From Acidobacteriota bacterium (GTDB lineage Bacteria > Actinomycetota > Acidimicrobiia > Spongiisociales > UBA5794), in assembly GCA_022566415.1 (NCBI GenBank), contig JADFIY010000003.1, positions 14,470-38,469 on the forward strand: a DNA stretch of 24,000 nt. Reading direction: 5' to 3'. The notes beneath the pieces are model-generated. The model did not search any database. It saw nothing but the letters and a program-made list of their open reading frames with translations, and was not told where the DNA came from. Below, piece after piece: positions 1 through 8,800 of the stretch. The first letter of the stretch is position 1; each line of letters opens with the position of its first letter. The position numbers and the translations under genes are program-made.

Positions 1-373
1 TGTCGAAGATTGGGCGGGTGGCCCCGAGGATGACCACGTCGGCGCCAAGGTCAGCCGCCGCCTGAGAAATGGCGATGGAGGGATCGGCCCCATCGAGGTA
101 GATGACCTCGTAGGGGATCCGCGCTCCCTGCAGCGCTTGCGCCACCGGTTCCACCAGCCGCTGGCCGCGCTCTTGGAGGTATTTGTCGGCTGCCGCATCC
201 GATGCGTTGCCTTCGGTCGCACCCCTGTTCTGCTGCAAGTCATCGAGGAACTTGCGGGGCACCTCGATGACGGTGATCAGGGTGACCTTGCCGTGCTGGC
301 CGAGGAGCTGTCTCGTGAACTCGACCACCGGTTCTGGGCTGAGCACGCCGGTCGTCGCGATGAGCACGTGCAT
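1..373 (-). CDS. Universal stress protein (UspA family), partial; the 3' end runs off the window
   Basis: My own minus-strand translation from ATG 373-371 gives MHVLIATTGVLSPEPVVEFTRQLLGQHGKVTLITVIEVPRKF...AADLGADVVILGATRPIFD. The N-terminal strand and the C-terminal aDlvVlG pattern are Usp-like. AGGA lies 7 nt upstream. It is absent from the ORF track because there is no stop inside the window. Confidence 0.7.
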   Translation of the reverse strand, partial: MHVLIATTGVLSPEPVVEFTRQLLGQHGKVTLITVIEVPRKFLDDLQQNRGATEGNASDAAADKYLQERGQRLVEPVAQALQGARIPYEVIYLDGADPSIAISQAAADLGADVVILGATRPIFD

Positions 374-480
374 GGGGACATCCTAGTTCTGGGGGGGCTC
401 GGCGGTGCCGAGGCGGGCCAGCGCTCTGGAACGGGGTTGCGGCAGCGGGCCTGCTCGCGTTGCGGTGACGATACCTCGTC

Positions 481-569
481 AAGAGCGCGGCGGGCCGCTC
501 GGGCCACGGCTCCGCGAATGGCCTTCGCCGACAGCGACCGGATCGTGCCCTATTTGCGGAGCCTCTAAG
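481..569 (+). repeat. Copy 1 (short form) of the ~92-nt structured intergenic repeat
   Basis: AAGAGCGCG + GGGCCGCTCGGGCCACGGCTCCGCGAATGGCC..GCCGACAGCGACCGGATCGTGCCCTATTTGCGGAGCCTCTAAG is near-identical to 2451-2619. An internal 12-bp dyad pairs GGCTCCGCGAAT (508-519) with ATTTGCGGAGCC (552-563). Confidence 0.85.
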
Positions 570-2367
570 CCGATGTGATCAGCTGCTTCGCCGACAGCTC
601 GGTGTAGAGGCCACCGGCCGCAACGAGATCGTCGTGCGTCCCCTCCTCCGCGATCGATCCCGCGGCGAGCACAACGATACGATCGGCGGCACGAACCGTG
701 CTCAACCGGTGCGCGATCACGATCGTGGTCCGATCCCGCATGAGCCGCTCCAGGGCGTCTTGCACCAGTGCCTCGGACTCCGCGTCCAGAGAGCTCGTCG
801 CCTCGTCCAGGATGAGGATGCGCGGATCGGCGAGCACGGCTCTTGCGATGGCGAGGCGTTGTCGCTGCCCGCCCGACAGCTGCACGCCCCGCTCCCCAAC
901 CACCGTGTCGTATCCGTCCGGAAAGGCGACGATGAAGTCATGTGCGTTCGCGGTCCTTGCCGCGGTGACCAGATCGCCGTCGGGGGCTCCCGGTCGGCCG
1001 ACTTGGAGGTTCTCTGCGATGGTTCCGGAGAACAGCAGCACCTCCTGGGGAACGGCGGCCATCTCGCTTCGCAAGGCGCCAAGGGCTTGCACGCGAACAT
1101 CGATGCCGTCGACAAGAACCTCTCCGGAGGACACGTCGTAAAAGCGTGGGATCAACTGTGTGAGCGTCGACTTTCCTGCTCCCGACGGCCCGACCAGGGC
1201 GACGGTCTCCCCGGGCGCGATGACGAGGTCGACGGCGGAGAGCACCTCGATGTCGCGGCCCGGGTAAGAGAACGACACCCGATCGAACAGCACCGAGCCC
1301 TCGCGGACGGCGGGAGCCACGGGCGCCGCCTGCCGTGGCACTTCGATCGGCTCGTCGAGCAGCTCGAATATCCGCAGCGACGCTCCGAGGGCCTCCTGAA
1401 GCTCGGAGTACAGGCCGGTGAAGGTGCCGATCGCTCCGGCAACGATCAGCGTATAGAGCAAGAACGACACGAGTTCACCAGGGGACAGGTCACCGTTGAC
1501 CACGAGCCGTCCTCCAACCCACAGCACCACTGCCAGCGTTCCGAACGCGATGAAGGTGACGAACGGCACGAAGAGGGCCCGCAGCCGCGCCCGGCGCAAC
1601 GCGACCGCGTACGAGCTGAGTATCGCGCCGTCGTATCGCGAAACGACGTCGTCCTCTGCCGTGAACCACTTTATGACGCGGATCGATGCGATCGACTCGT
1701 CGGCCAGGGCGTTGGCCTCGGCGATCTCGTCCTGAAACGAGGTGGAGATACGCCGTATGCGCCGACCAAAAACCGCGGCAGCGACAATCACCGCGGGAAG
1801 GAACGCAAGCACGGCGAGCGAGAGCACCGGGCTGATCACCACGAGCAGGATCACACCACCGACGAGGGTGATCCCCTGGGACAGGGCCTGTGCGGAAGAC
1901 GACGACACCGTGCTTTGTACGACGACCGCGTCCGAGGTGAGCCGGGAGGTGATCTCCCCGGTGCGGCGACCATCGAAGAATGGAACGGGGAGACGAACGA
2001 TCCGGTCGTAGACGGACCGGCGCAGATCGGCCACGACACCCTCGCCGACAACGGCCAGCGCATAGATGCGCACGTAGTTGAAGACACCCTGGATGAGGAA
2101 GACGGTGAGCAGCACCAACGCGATCCGATCGAGCGTGCCCGTGCTGCCGTCCTCGGCGAGTGCGCTATCGACCAGGCCACCCATGATCCGTGGGAAGACC
2201 AGGCCGAGGGATGCCGAAACGACAACACCAACGACGGCGACGGCCAGCCATCGTCGGTACGGCCTCAGGAGGGCGAATAGGTTGGTCAGCTGGGTCAGCT
2301 GGTCATGTCGCGAAAGGTCGGAGCGAGAATCAGGCTTGGCAAGGCGGGATGCTCGCATGGGACGCAT
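565..2367 (-). CDS. ABC transporter, fused permease/ATP-binding exporter (MsbA/ABCB-like)
   Basis: 600-aa ORF with a hydrophobic multi-TM N-terminal half. Walker A GPSGAGKST, signature LSGGQRQR, Walker B ILILDEATS, H-loop IAHRLST. ATG at 2367; alternative ATG at 2358. Confidence 0.95.
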   Translation of the reverse strand: MRPMRASRLAKPDSRSDLSRHDQLTQLTNLFALLRPYRRWLAVAVVGVVVSASLGLVFPRIMGGLVDSALAEDGSTGTLDRIALVLLTVFLIQGVFNYVRIYALAVVGEGVVADLRRSVYDRIVRLPVPFFDGRRTGEITSRLTSDAVVVQSTVSSSSAQALSQGITLVGGVILLVVISPVLSLAVLAFLPAVIVAAAVFGRRIRRISTSFQDEIAEANALADESIASIRVIKWFTAEDDVVSRYDGAILSSYAVALRRARLRALFVPFVTFIAFGTLAVVLWVGGRLVVNGDLSPGELVSFLLYTLIVAGAIGTFTGLYSELQEALGASLRIFELLDEPIEVPRQAAPVAPAVREGSVLFDRVSFSYPGRDIEVLSAVDLVIAPGETVALVGPSGAGKSTLTQLIPRFYDVSSGEVLVDGIDVRVQALGALRSEMAAVPQEVLLFSGTIAENLQVGRPGAPDGDLVTAARTANAHDFIVAFPDGYDTVVGERGVQLSGGQRQRLAIARAVLADPRILILDEATSSLDAESEALVQDALERLMRDRTTIVIAHRLSTVRAADRIVVLAAGSIAEEGTHDDLVAAGGLYTELSAKQLITSA

Positions 2368-2376
2368 GAGCGGATG

Positions 2377-2619
2377 TTAAGAGCGCGCACCGATAGATGA
2401 CGGGCGGTCTCGACAGAAGCGGAGCCATTTTTCCCGCTCTTGGCTTCGGGCCGCTCGGGCCACGGCTCCGCGAATGGCCGTGCCGACAGCGACCGGATCG
2501 TGCCCTATTTGCGGAGCGCCATTTTCCCGCTCTTGGCTACGGGCCACATCGGGCCACGGCTCCGCGAATGGCCGTGCCGACAGCGACCGGATCGTGCCCT
2601 ATTTGCGGAGCCTCTAAGG
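2377..2619 (+). repeat. Long form of the structured repeat: outer terminus plus two tandem units of 92 and 94 nt. It is the left inverted arm of the cassette.
   Basis: GCGGAGC recurs at 2419, 2511 and 2605. The units share CATTTTCCCGCTCTTGGCT.CGGGCC....CGGGCCACGGCTCCGCGAATGGCCGTGCCGACAGCGACCGGATCGTGCCCTATTTGCGGAGC. Positions 2377-2530 match the reverse complement of 3991-4146. Confidence 0.9.
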
Positions 2620-2716
2620 AGATATATCGGGATCGATGGCGGCGCCAGCGGCTTCTCTGGCAGCTGTCTTCCGTCCACGCCGGTCCCGGTGCGTACCATG
2701 CGCGCCGGAGGTAGCG

Positions 2717-3211
2717 ATGGACGCTGCGGCGGTGAACCGGGTGATGTGGGCGATCCCCAACGTGCTGTGCCTCGTCGGGTCGCGTGCCGGTGACGAGCGC
2801 AACGGGATGACCACTTCGTGGGTCACCCAGGTGGCGATGGAGCCGGTCCTGGTCGCCATTTCGGTGGATTCGACGGCGGTGACCAACCGGCTCATCCGCG
2901 ACGGAGGGTCGTTCAGTGTCAACTTGTGGGATCGCGAGGACACCAAGGTGTTCCGGCGCTTCTCCAAGCCGGCGGAGGATGACGGCGCTGCGCTCAACGG
3001 CTATTCGGTCAGGAACGGAGTCACTGGTGTCCCGATCTTCGACGACGCCATCGCCTGGTTCGAGTGCGCGGTCCGTGACACGATCGACGTTGGTACCCAC
3101 GATCTCTTCCTCGGCGAGGTCATCGACGTCGGGATCCGAGACGGAGCCGAGGAGCAAGTTGCCAGGATGGAAGACACGCGGATGAAGTACGGCGGCGTTC
3201 GCCGTCATTGA
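2717..3211 (+). CDS. Flavin reductase-like (FMN-binding split-barrel) domain protein
   Basis: The track ORF is 2636..3211. I moved the start to ATG 2717, which has GGAGG at 2707-2711 and a 5-nt spacer. The motif region NGMTTSWVTQVAMEPVLVAISV and the ~165-aa size are typical of the HpaC/NtaB-type flavin reductase family. Confidence 0.85.
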   Translation: MDAAAVNRVMWAIPNVLCLVGSRAGDERNGMTTSWVTQVAMEPVLVAISVDSTAVTNRLIRDGGSFSVNLWDREDTKVFRRFSKPAEDDGAALNGYSVRNGVTGVPIFDDAIAWFECAVRDTIDVGTHDLFLGEVIDVGIRDGAEEQVARMEDTRMKYGGVRRH

Positions 3212-3221
3212 GGGGGTTGCC

Positions 3222-3989
3222 ATGGAGATCCGCTTCGATGGGATTGTCGCGCTCGTCACCGGAGGAACGCGCGGTATCGGAGAGGCCACCGCCAAGGAGT
3301 TCCTTTCCTCCGGTGCGGCAGGGGTTGCGATCACGTCTCGCCGTCAGGAGAACCTGGATGCCGTGGCGGAGAGGCTCGATGCCGGTAACCGACTGATGTT
3401 GCTCGAGGCCAGGGCGGACGACGACGCCGCCGCCGCAGCCGCGGTCGGAGCGGTCGTCGCCCAGTTCGGTCGTCTCGATGTGCTTGTCAACAACGCGGGC
3501 ACCAATCCGGCGGTGGGCGCTATCGCCGACGTCGATCTTGGCGCGCTGGACAAGACCTGGGCGGTAAACCAGCGGGGGCCGCTGGTCTGGTCGCGCGAGG
3601 CGTGGAACCAGACGATGAAGGCCGAGGGCGGCTCGATCGTCAACGTGGCCTCGGTGGGTGGGATTCGCCCGGGGATGGCGCTCGGTGCCTACAACGTGTC
3701 GAAGGCGGCGCTGATCTACCTGACCAAGCAAATGGCCTACGAGATGGCCCCCGGCGTGCGGGTGAACGCAGTGGCGCCGTCGGTCGTTCGCACCCGGCTG
3801 TCGGCAATGTTGTGGGAGGGTCTCGAGGATCACACCGCGGCAGCCCACCCCCTGAAGCGGATCGGGGAGCCAGAGGATGTGGCCCGCGCCATCGCCTTTC
3901 TCGCCTCGGATGCCGCGTCGTGGATCACGGGAGTGATCCTTCCCGTCGACGGGGGAGCGTTGGGGGCGACCGCAGCGGCCGGGATGTGA
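3222..3989 (+). CDS. Short-chain dehydrogenase/reductase (SDR) family oxidoreductase
   Basis: 255 aa. Cofactor motif TGGTRGIGEA, NNAG, catalytic YNVSKAAL (YxxxK). GAGGGGG lies upstream of the ATG, which is 10 nt after the flavin reductase stop. Confidence 0.92.
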   Translation: MEIRFDGIVALVTGGTRGIGEATAKEFLSSGAAGVAITSRRQENLDAVAERLDAGNRLMLLEARADDDAAAAAAVGAVVAQFGRLDVLVNNAGTNPAVGAIADVDLGALDKTWAVNQRGPLVWSREAWNQTMKAEGGSIVNVASVGGIRPGMALGAYNVSKAALIYLTKQMAYEMAPGVRVNAVAPSVVRTRLSAMLWEGLEDHTAAAHPLKRIGEPEDVARAIAFLASDAASWITGVILPVDGGALGATAAAGM

Positions 3990-3990
3990 C

Positions 3991-4146
3991 GCGGGAAAAT
4001 GGCGCTCCGCGAATAGGGCGCGATCCGGTCCTTGGTTGGTAAGGCGATTTGCGGAGCCGTGGCCCGAGCGGCCCGTAGCCGAGAGCGGGGAAAGAGGCTT
4101 AACTTCCGTCGAGACCGCCGGTCACCTATCGGTGCGCGCTCCTTAG
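3991..4146 (-). repeat. Inverted copy of the structured repeat (right arm of the cassette)
   Basis: The reverse complement of 3991-4146 aligns end to end with 2377-2530, about 85% identity by eye with two small indels. It begins 1 nt after the SDR stop and ends 7 nt before the stop of the convergent 4154..5353 gene. Confidence 0.9.
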
Positions 4147-4153
4147 ATGACCT

Positions 4154-5353
4154 TCATGGGAAAGGGTCGTAGCCGGGCATGCCAGCTTCGATCCAGGCCT
4201 CGAAGGCCGCCGTGCTACCCATGTCGTGGCCGCTCTCTGCCGACTCCCGGTAGCGATAGTTGAGGAAGTCGCAATAACCCTGTATCGGTTCGAAGCCGGG
4301 GCGAAGCTCAGCGATCCGGCTGGCGAAGGGCTCGAACCGTGTGGCACGCCACTGCATCGTTGTGACTGCCTTGGAGGTGGGTGACCCGGATCCTCCGTGT
4401 TTTGCCTCGTGGTAGGAGAGGTCGGCCAGAATCTGCCTGGCTTGGTTCTCCGATGCGTCGATGCCGGTGAGCTCTCTGAGCCGGGTCGAGTGATACGTGC
4501 GGCCCCCGACCTGAACCGTGATGCGAATCCGGCTGGACCCTCCATCCGGGGCGACGTCGATTTCGTCCACGGCGAAGCCGAGATCGTTGAGGCGTTCGAT
4601 GCGGCTGCGGATGAGGTACCGCTCGTCGGGGCCGATCAGCAGGTCGCTGTTCAGCTCGTCCCAAAGAGCGTTATACCGTTTGGTGATATCGGTACCGATG
4701 TCGAGGTCGGCCTCGTCGAGATCTTTGCCCGAGGCCGCCGCGATGTCCGCCATCCCGCCGGCGAGGTTCTCGCGCATGATCTCTAGGTCTTCGAATCGAC
4801 GCCCGTCGCTGATCATTTCATACAGGGTGGAGGTCTCGGCATCGACCATGACGGTCTCGATAGCGCCGGCGTCATAGCGATAGAGGACGTTGGACAGCGA
4901 GCAGTCACCCCAGAAGCAACCGGCAAGGTGCAGCTCGACGAGTAGGCCGGCGAAGGCATCGAGCATCTGGTTCCTTCTCGGGCCGAATCCGCTGCCGGAG
5001 ACGAGCTCGCGATATGGGAAGGCATAATCGACGTATCGAGTGATTACTGCCCCAGCGCCCTCTTCTTGCGGGTCGAGCCAGGGTCGCAGCACTAGACCCG
5101 CCGGCGATGCGCTCCGCTTGGTTCTCGTCTCCAAGGTACGGAGGGTCTGGTACTCGTGGTCGGCGAGCTCGGCGGCGAGCTCCTTGATCGCATAGATGCC
5201 TTCGTCGTATGCGACGAACACCACGGGGTGTCTGTGAATCCCCGTTGGCATATCGACGGTGCGATCCTCTTCCCATTCCAAAACCGGTCGCTCCCAGGGA
5301 AGGTCGAGAAAGTCCGGCCCGCCCGGCCGGATATGAAGCTTCGGTATCGGCAT
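4154..5353 (-). CDS. Kinase-fold (Kdo/RIO-like) protein with a DUF4032-like C-terminal region
   Basis: 399-aa ORF. FWGDCSLSNVLY resembles a kinase catalytic loop (hGDxxxxN) and MVDAETS resembles a DFG-like metal site. I recall the overall layout from actinobacterial DUF4032 proteins. This is a family call from memory, not a search. Confidence 0.6.
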   Translation of the reverse strand: MPIPKLHIRPGGPDFLDLPWERPVLEWEEDRTVDMPTGIHRHPVVFVAYDEGIYAIKELAAELADHEYQTLRTLETRTKRSASPAGLVLRPWLDPQEEGAGAVITRYVDYAFPYRELVSGSGFGPRRNQMLDAFAGLLVELHLAGCFWGDCSLSNVLYRYDAGAIETVMVDAETSTLYEMISDGRRFEDLEIMRENLAGGMADIAAASGKDLDEADLDIGTDITKRYNALWDELNSDLLIGPDERYLIRSRIERLNDLGFAVDEIDVAPDGGSSRIRITVQVGGRTYHSTRLRELTGIDASENQARQILADLSYHEAKHGGSGSPTSKAVTTMQWRATRFEPFASRIAELRPGFEPIQGYCDFLNYRYRESAESGHDMGSTAAFEAWIEAGMPGYDPFP

Positions 5354-5386
5354 CGCGCCCAGTATCGACGATTGGCGAGCGCCGAG

Positions 5387-5800
5387 CTAGATGGCTTGGG
5401 AATCCCCGGTGTCGTGCAATTTGGCATCGATCTCGACGATCCGACGCTCCAGTTGCTCACGCTCGGTGGCGTTCTGCTCGGCGATCATCTGGTTGATGCG
5501 GTTCGAATACGCCCCGGGGTCGTTGATCCAGCGGAAGTTGCGCTTCTCGACCCATGACTTCTTGACCGGTGTCGAGTCGAGCTCGGCGATTCGCCGTCTG
5601 GCCTGGTCCCGCTCGTAGCGCAGGATGTCGTCCGAGCGCGAGGCTACCGAGGCATCTCTTGCGGATTTTCTCAACTCGTCGCGGCGTGCCACCAGGCCGG
5701 CGCGGCCGGGATCGCCGGGCCCCATGGCATTGAGGCGGTCGATGATCGCCGTGACCTCGGCGAGCGCCTCGTCGACGGACAGGTTGCCGTTGTCGCTCAC
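5387..5800 (-). CDS. Hypothetical small charged, predicted coiled-coil protein
   Basis: 137-aa ORF with a GTG start, lying 21 nt downstream of the lhr stop and 33 nt upstream of the next gene. It is rich in R/E/D heptad-like stretches. I recognise no family. Confidence 0.55.
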   Translation of the reverse strand: MSDNGNLSVDEALAEVTAIIDRLNAMGPGDPGRAGLVARRDELRKSARDASVASRSDDILRYERDQARRRIAELDSTPVKKSWVEKRNFRWINDPGAYSNRINQMIAEQNATEREQLERRIVEIDAKLHDTGDSQAI

Positions 5801-5821
5801 AGGTGCAGGCTACTCACCAGA

Positions 5822-8800
5822 TCAGGCTCGGTTGCGAGTTTCGAACGTCAGGCCCTTGTAGCCAGGAACAAAGCCTGCGGTGACGAGAACATCGCTCCAT
5901 CGAGATCCGGAGACGGTGTCGCCGTCGACTCGCTCTAGCGTCATCCGCCGGTGGCGCGGTGCAACCACCGCCACCGCGGCCGCAAAGACGTCCGGGTCAC
6001 CGGTGAAGGCGAGCGCGCTGCGGCCGCCGCGTTCGACGAAGGCGACGAGGGCGCCGTCGTCGAGCACCACATGGGCTCCGGCGCGTCGTGCCGGCCTGGC
6101 GACATCGTGTTCGGGCCACGCGACCGCCGCTCCGTACGGGTTGGCAGGATCGGCGGCAGCCAGGACGATCAGGCCCGCTCCGCGCTCGGTGCGCAGACGG
6201 TCGGCGGCCGCCATGTGGCCGAACTGGGCACCGCCAAGGCCCTCGATGAAGTAGCCCCGACGAACCCGCCCGGCGTCTTCCATCGCGGTGAACACCGGGT
6301 ACAGGCCAGAGAAGCCGCCGGGAATGCCTTCGGCGAGCACGGCATCTCTGGTGACGACACCGTGGCGGTCGAGGAGCATCTCGGCAAGAGCTGTCCCTCG
6401 ATCCTCGTCTGTCGGTGTCGTGGTGAGCAGCTCAGCCGTTGCATACCAGCGCCCCTTCCCTGCAGGTGGGGAGCCTGAGCTCAGATGCGGGCGCCGGTCT
6501 CTCCGCCTCGCCGAACGACCGGAGACGAAGGCCCGCACCGGGGCAATGGTGTCGTTGGTGACTTCCCCGGCCCAGACCAGGTCCCACAGCGCCTCGAGCA
6601 CATCGTCGGGGTTGCCGCCCCCCGCCGCCTGGTACAGGTCGGCGAAGAACGATGCGCCGTGTTGAGCGAGCCAGGCCCGGATCGTCTCGTGGATGGGACC
6701 ATCCGGCGGATCGACGGTGTTCGGTCCAAGCAACAACGGCACCTGGTCCCTGGGGTAGAGGGAGAGCTTCCCGTCCTTGGTGCCAAGTGGCTCTCGCCCG
6801 AGCCACACCAGTTCGCCGGTGGCAAGCAGGGTGTCTATCCCGTCTGACGCCGCTCGGTCGGCCAGCACGTCGGACTCGAGGATCGAGGCGGGGATGGCCG
6901 CTCCCCGCAGCTGGCGGATGACGTGTCCGAGATGATCGGCACCGGTGCGGGTGGCTCCGACCTGCTGCCACGCAGGGAGGAAGCGCCCAAGGGCATCGGT
7001 TTCCACCGCCTCGACGTCGGCGCGGAGGATGGCGAGGCTGCGCCTCTTGATCCGGCGCAGCACCTCGATATCGACCCACTCGTGCTCCTTGCCCCCGGGG
7101 CGGTAGGCGCCCCCGGCAACCCGCCCTTCGCTTTCGAGCCGCCGCAGGACATCGGCGATGACGCCCGCAGGGAGGCCGAGGGATTGCGCGGCGTCGGTCG
7201 TGGTGAACGGGCCGTGGGTTCTGGCATAACGGGCGACGACGTCGCCTGTGGCGTCTGCAACCGGTTCGAGGAAAGTCTGCGCCAACCCCGCAGGGAGGGA
7301 CACCCCGATCGCGTCGCGCAGCCGAGCTGCGTCCTCTACGGCCGCATGGTGGACGACGCCACCGATTCCGACGGTCATCGCCCGCGCCCCGAGGTCCTCC
7401 AGCCAGTCGTCGAGGTTCGCAGGTGTGGTCACGCGTTTGGCCAGTTCTTCGTACGTGACGGGCCCGATGTCACGCAACAGGTCGTGCACTTGATCCGCCG
7501 ATGCCGCCCTACGTTCCGGTGTGTGGTGCTGCAGCTCAGACTCGACACCGGTGATGACGTCGGCATCGAGCAGGTCCCGGAACGCCGGTTCGCCCAACAG
7601 CTCGGCGAGCAGGGATCGGTCCAGGGTGAGCGCCATGGCTCGCCGCTCGGCGGTCGGGGCGTCGTATTCGTACATGAAGGCGGCGACGAAGTCGAAGCTG
7701 AGCGACATGGCGAACGGGCTGGGGCCGGGCAGGTCGACCTCGACCACCCGCGTCCGGCGTTTTGCGATGTCCGACAGGACCTCGATGAGCGCGGGGAGGT
7801 CGAAGTGGTCCTGAAGGACCTCGCGGTAGGTCTCGAGGATGACAGGGAAGGTGCCGTGCTTACTGGCGACCTCGAGGAGGCTGGCCGCTCTCTTTCGCTG
7901 CTGCCACAGTGGAGTTCTGCTGCCGGGGCGCCGCTTGGGGAGTAACAGGGACCGTGCCGCCGCCTCGCGGAAGCGGGATGCGAACAGCGCAGAATCGGCC
8001 ACCTCGGCGATCAGCGTCTCTTCCATCTCTTCGGGATCGATGAGCAGCTCGGCGGTATCGGGTGGTTCGTCGACGTCGGGGAACCGGAACAAGATGCCGT
8101 CATCGGCCCAGATGAGGTCGACGTCGCTTCCGTGCAAGTCCCGGTAGCGATGGCGTGCGGCCAGCGCCCATGGGGCGTGGATCCTGGCGCCGAAGGGTGT
8201 GAGCACGGCTACCCGCCAGTCGCCGATCTCGTCGCGGAAGCGCTCGACCACGATCGTCTTGTCGGTGGGAAGGGTGCCGGTCGCCTCCTGTTCCTCGGCG
8301 ATGAATGCCGCAAGGTTGCGTGCCGCCCACGGGTCGAGGCGGTACTCGTTCTCCAGGGTCCGGACCGCAGCGTCGTTGTCCAGTGCTCCGATGCGTCTGG
8401 TGAAGGCACCGACTGCTCGCCCGAGCTCGAGGGGTCTTCCCGGAGCGTCGCCGTGCCAGAAGGGGAGCCTCGCCGTTGCTTGAGCCGGTGCGGGGGAGAC
8501 GACCACCTGGTCGCGGGTGATCTCCTCGATGCGCCACGCCGAGGATCCGAGCACGAAGGTGTCTCCGATTCGCGATTCGTACACCATCTCCTCGTCGAGC
8601 TCACCCACCCGGCCACCGTCCGGCAGCACGACGCGGTACAGGCCGCGGTCGGGGATGGTGCCGGGGTTGGTGACGGCGAGCAGCCTGGCGTTGCGGCGGC
8701 CCTCGATCGATCCGGCGACACGGTCCCAAATGATGCGAGGGCGAAGCTCGGCGAACTCATCAGATGGGTACCGGCCGGCGAGCATGTCGAGAACGGAATC

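Noticed and set aside
137-568. ORFs 137..568 +, 2397..2714 + and 2440..2793 +, which share peptide strings such as ADSDRIVPYLRS.
   Set aside because: The shared peptides are just translations of the ~92-nt DNA repeat. The ORFs cross intergenic repeat copies and the antisense of the usp gene, with no start signals.
634-2280. Long antisense or alternative-frame ORFs in the track. Examples: 634..2280 +, 2537..3334 -, 3120..3848 -, 6923..7945 +, 8132..9091 +, 8209..9168 -, 9332..10336 +, 12759..14039 +, 14200..15090 +, 17964..18644 +, 20545..21912 -, 22680..23513 -.
   Set aside because: Each lies opposite or out of frame to a gene with clear family motifs. Their translations are Arg/Pro/Gly/Ala-rich low-complexity strings, typical of shadow ORFs in high-GC DNA.
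2419-2619. Possible CRISPR-like array (repeated units in tandem).
   Set aside because: There are only two directly abutting units of 92-94 nt with no unique spacers, and no cas genes are in the window. The structure is a tandem duplication of a dispersed repeat.
2636-2716. N-terminal extension of the flavin reductase ORF from ATG 2636.
   Set aside because: The extension is Ala/Arg/Pro-rich and starts only 17 nt after the repeat array. ATG 2717 has GGAGG at optimal spacing and yields a protein of the usual family length.
2374-4149. ATG trinucleotide on both outer flanks of the inverted arms taken as proof of a target-site duplication.
   Set aside because: A 3-nt match is expected by chance about 1 time in 64, and the exact element ends are uncertain by 1-2 nt. 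I mention it only as a weak hint in the finding.
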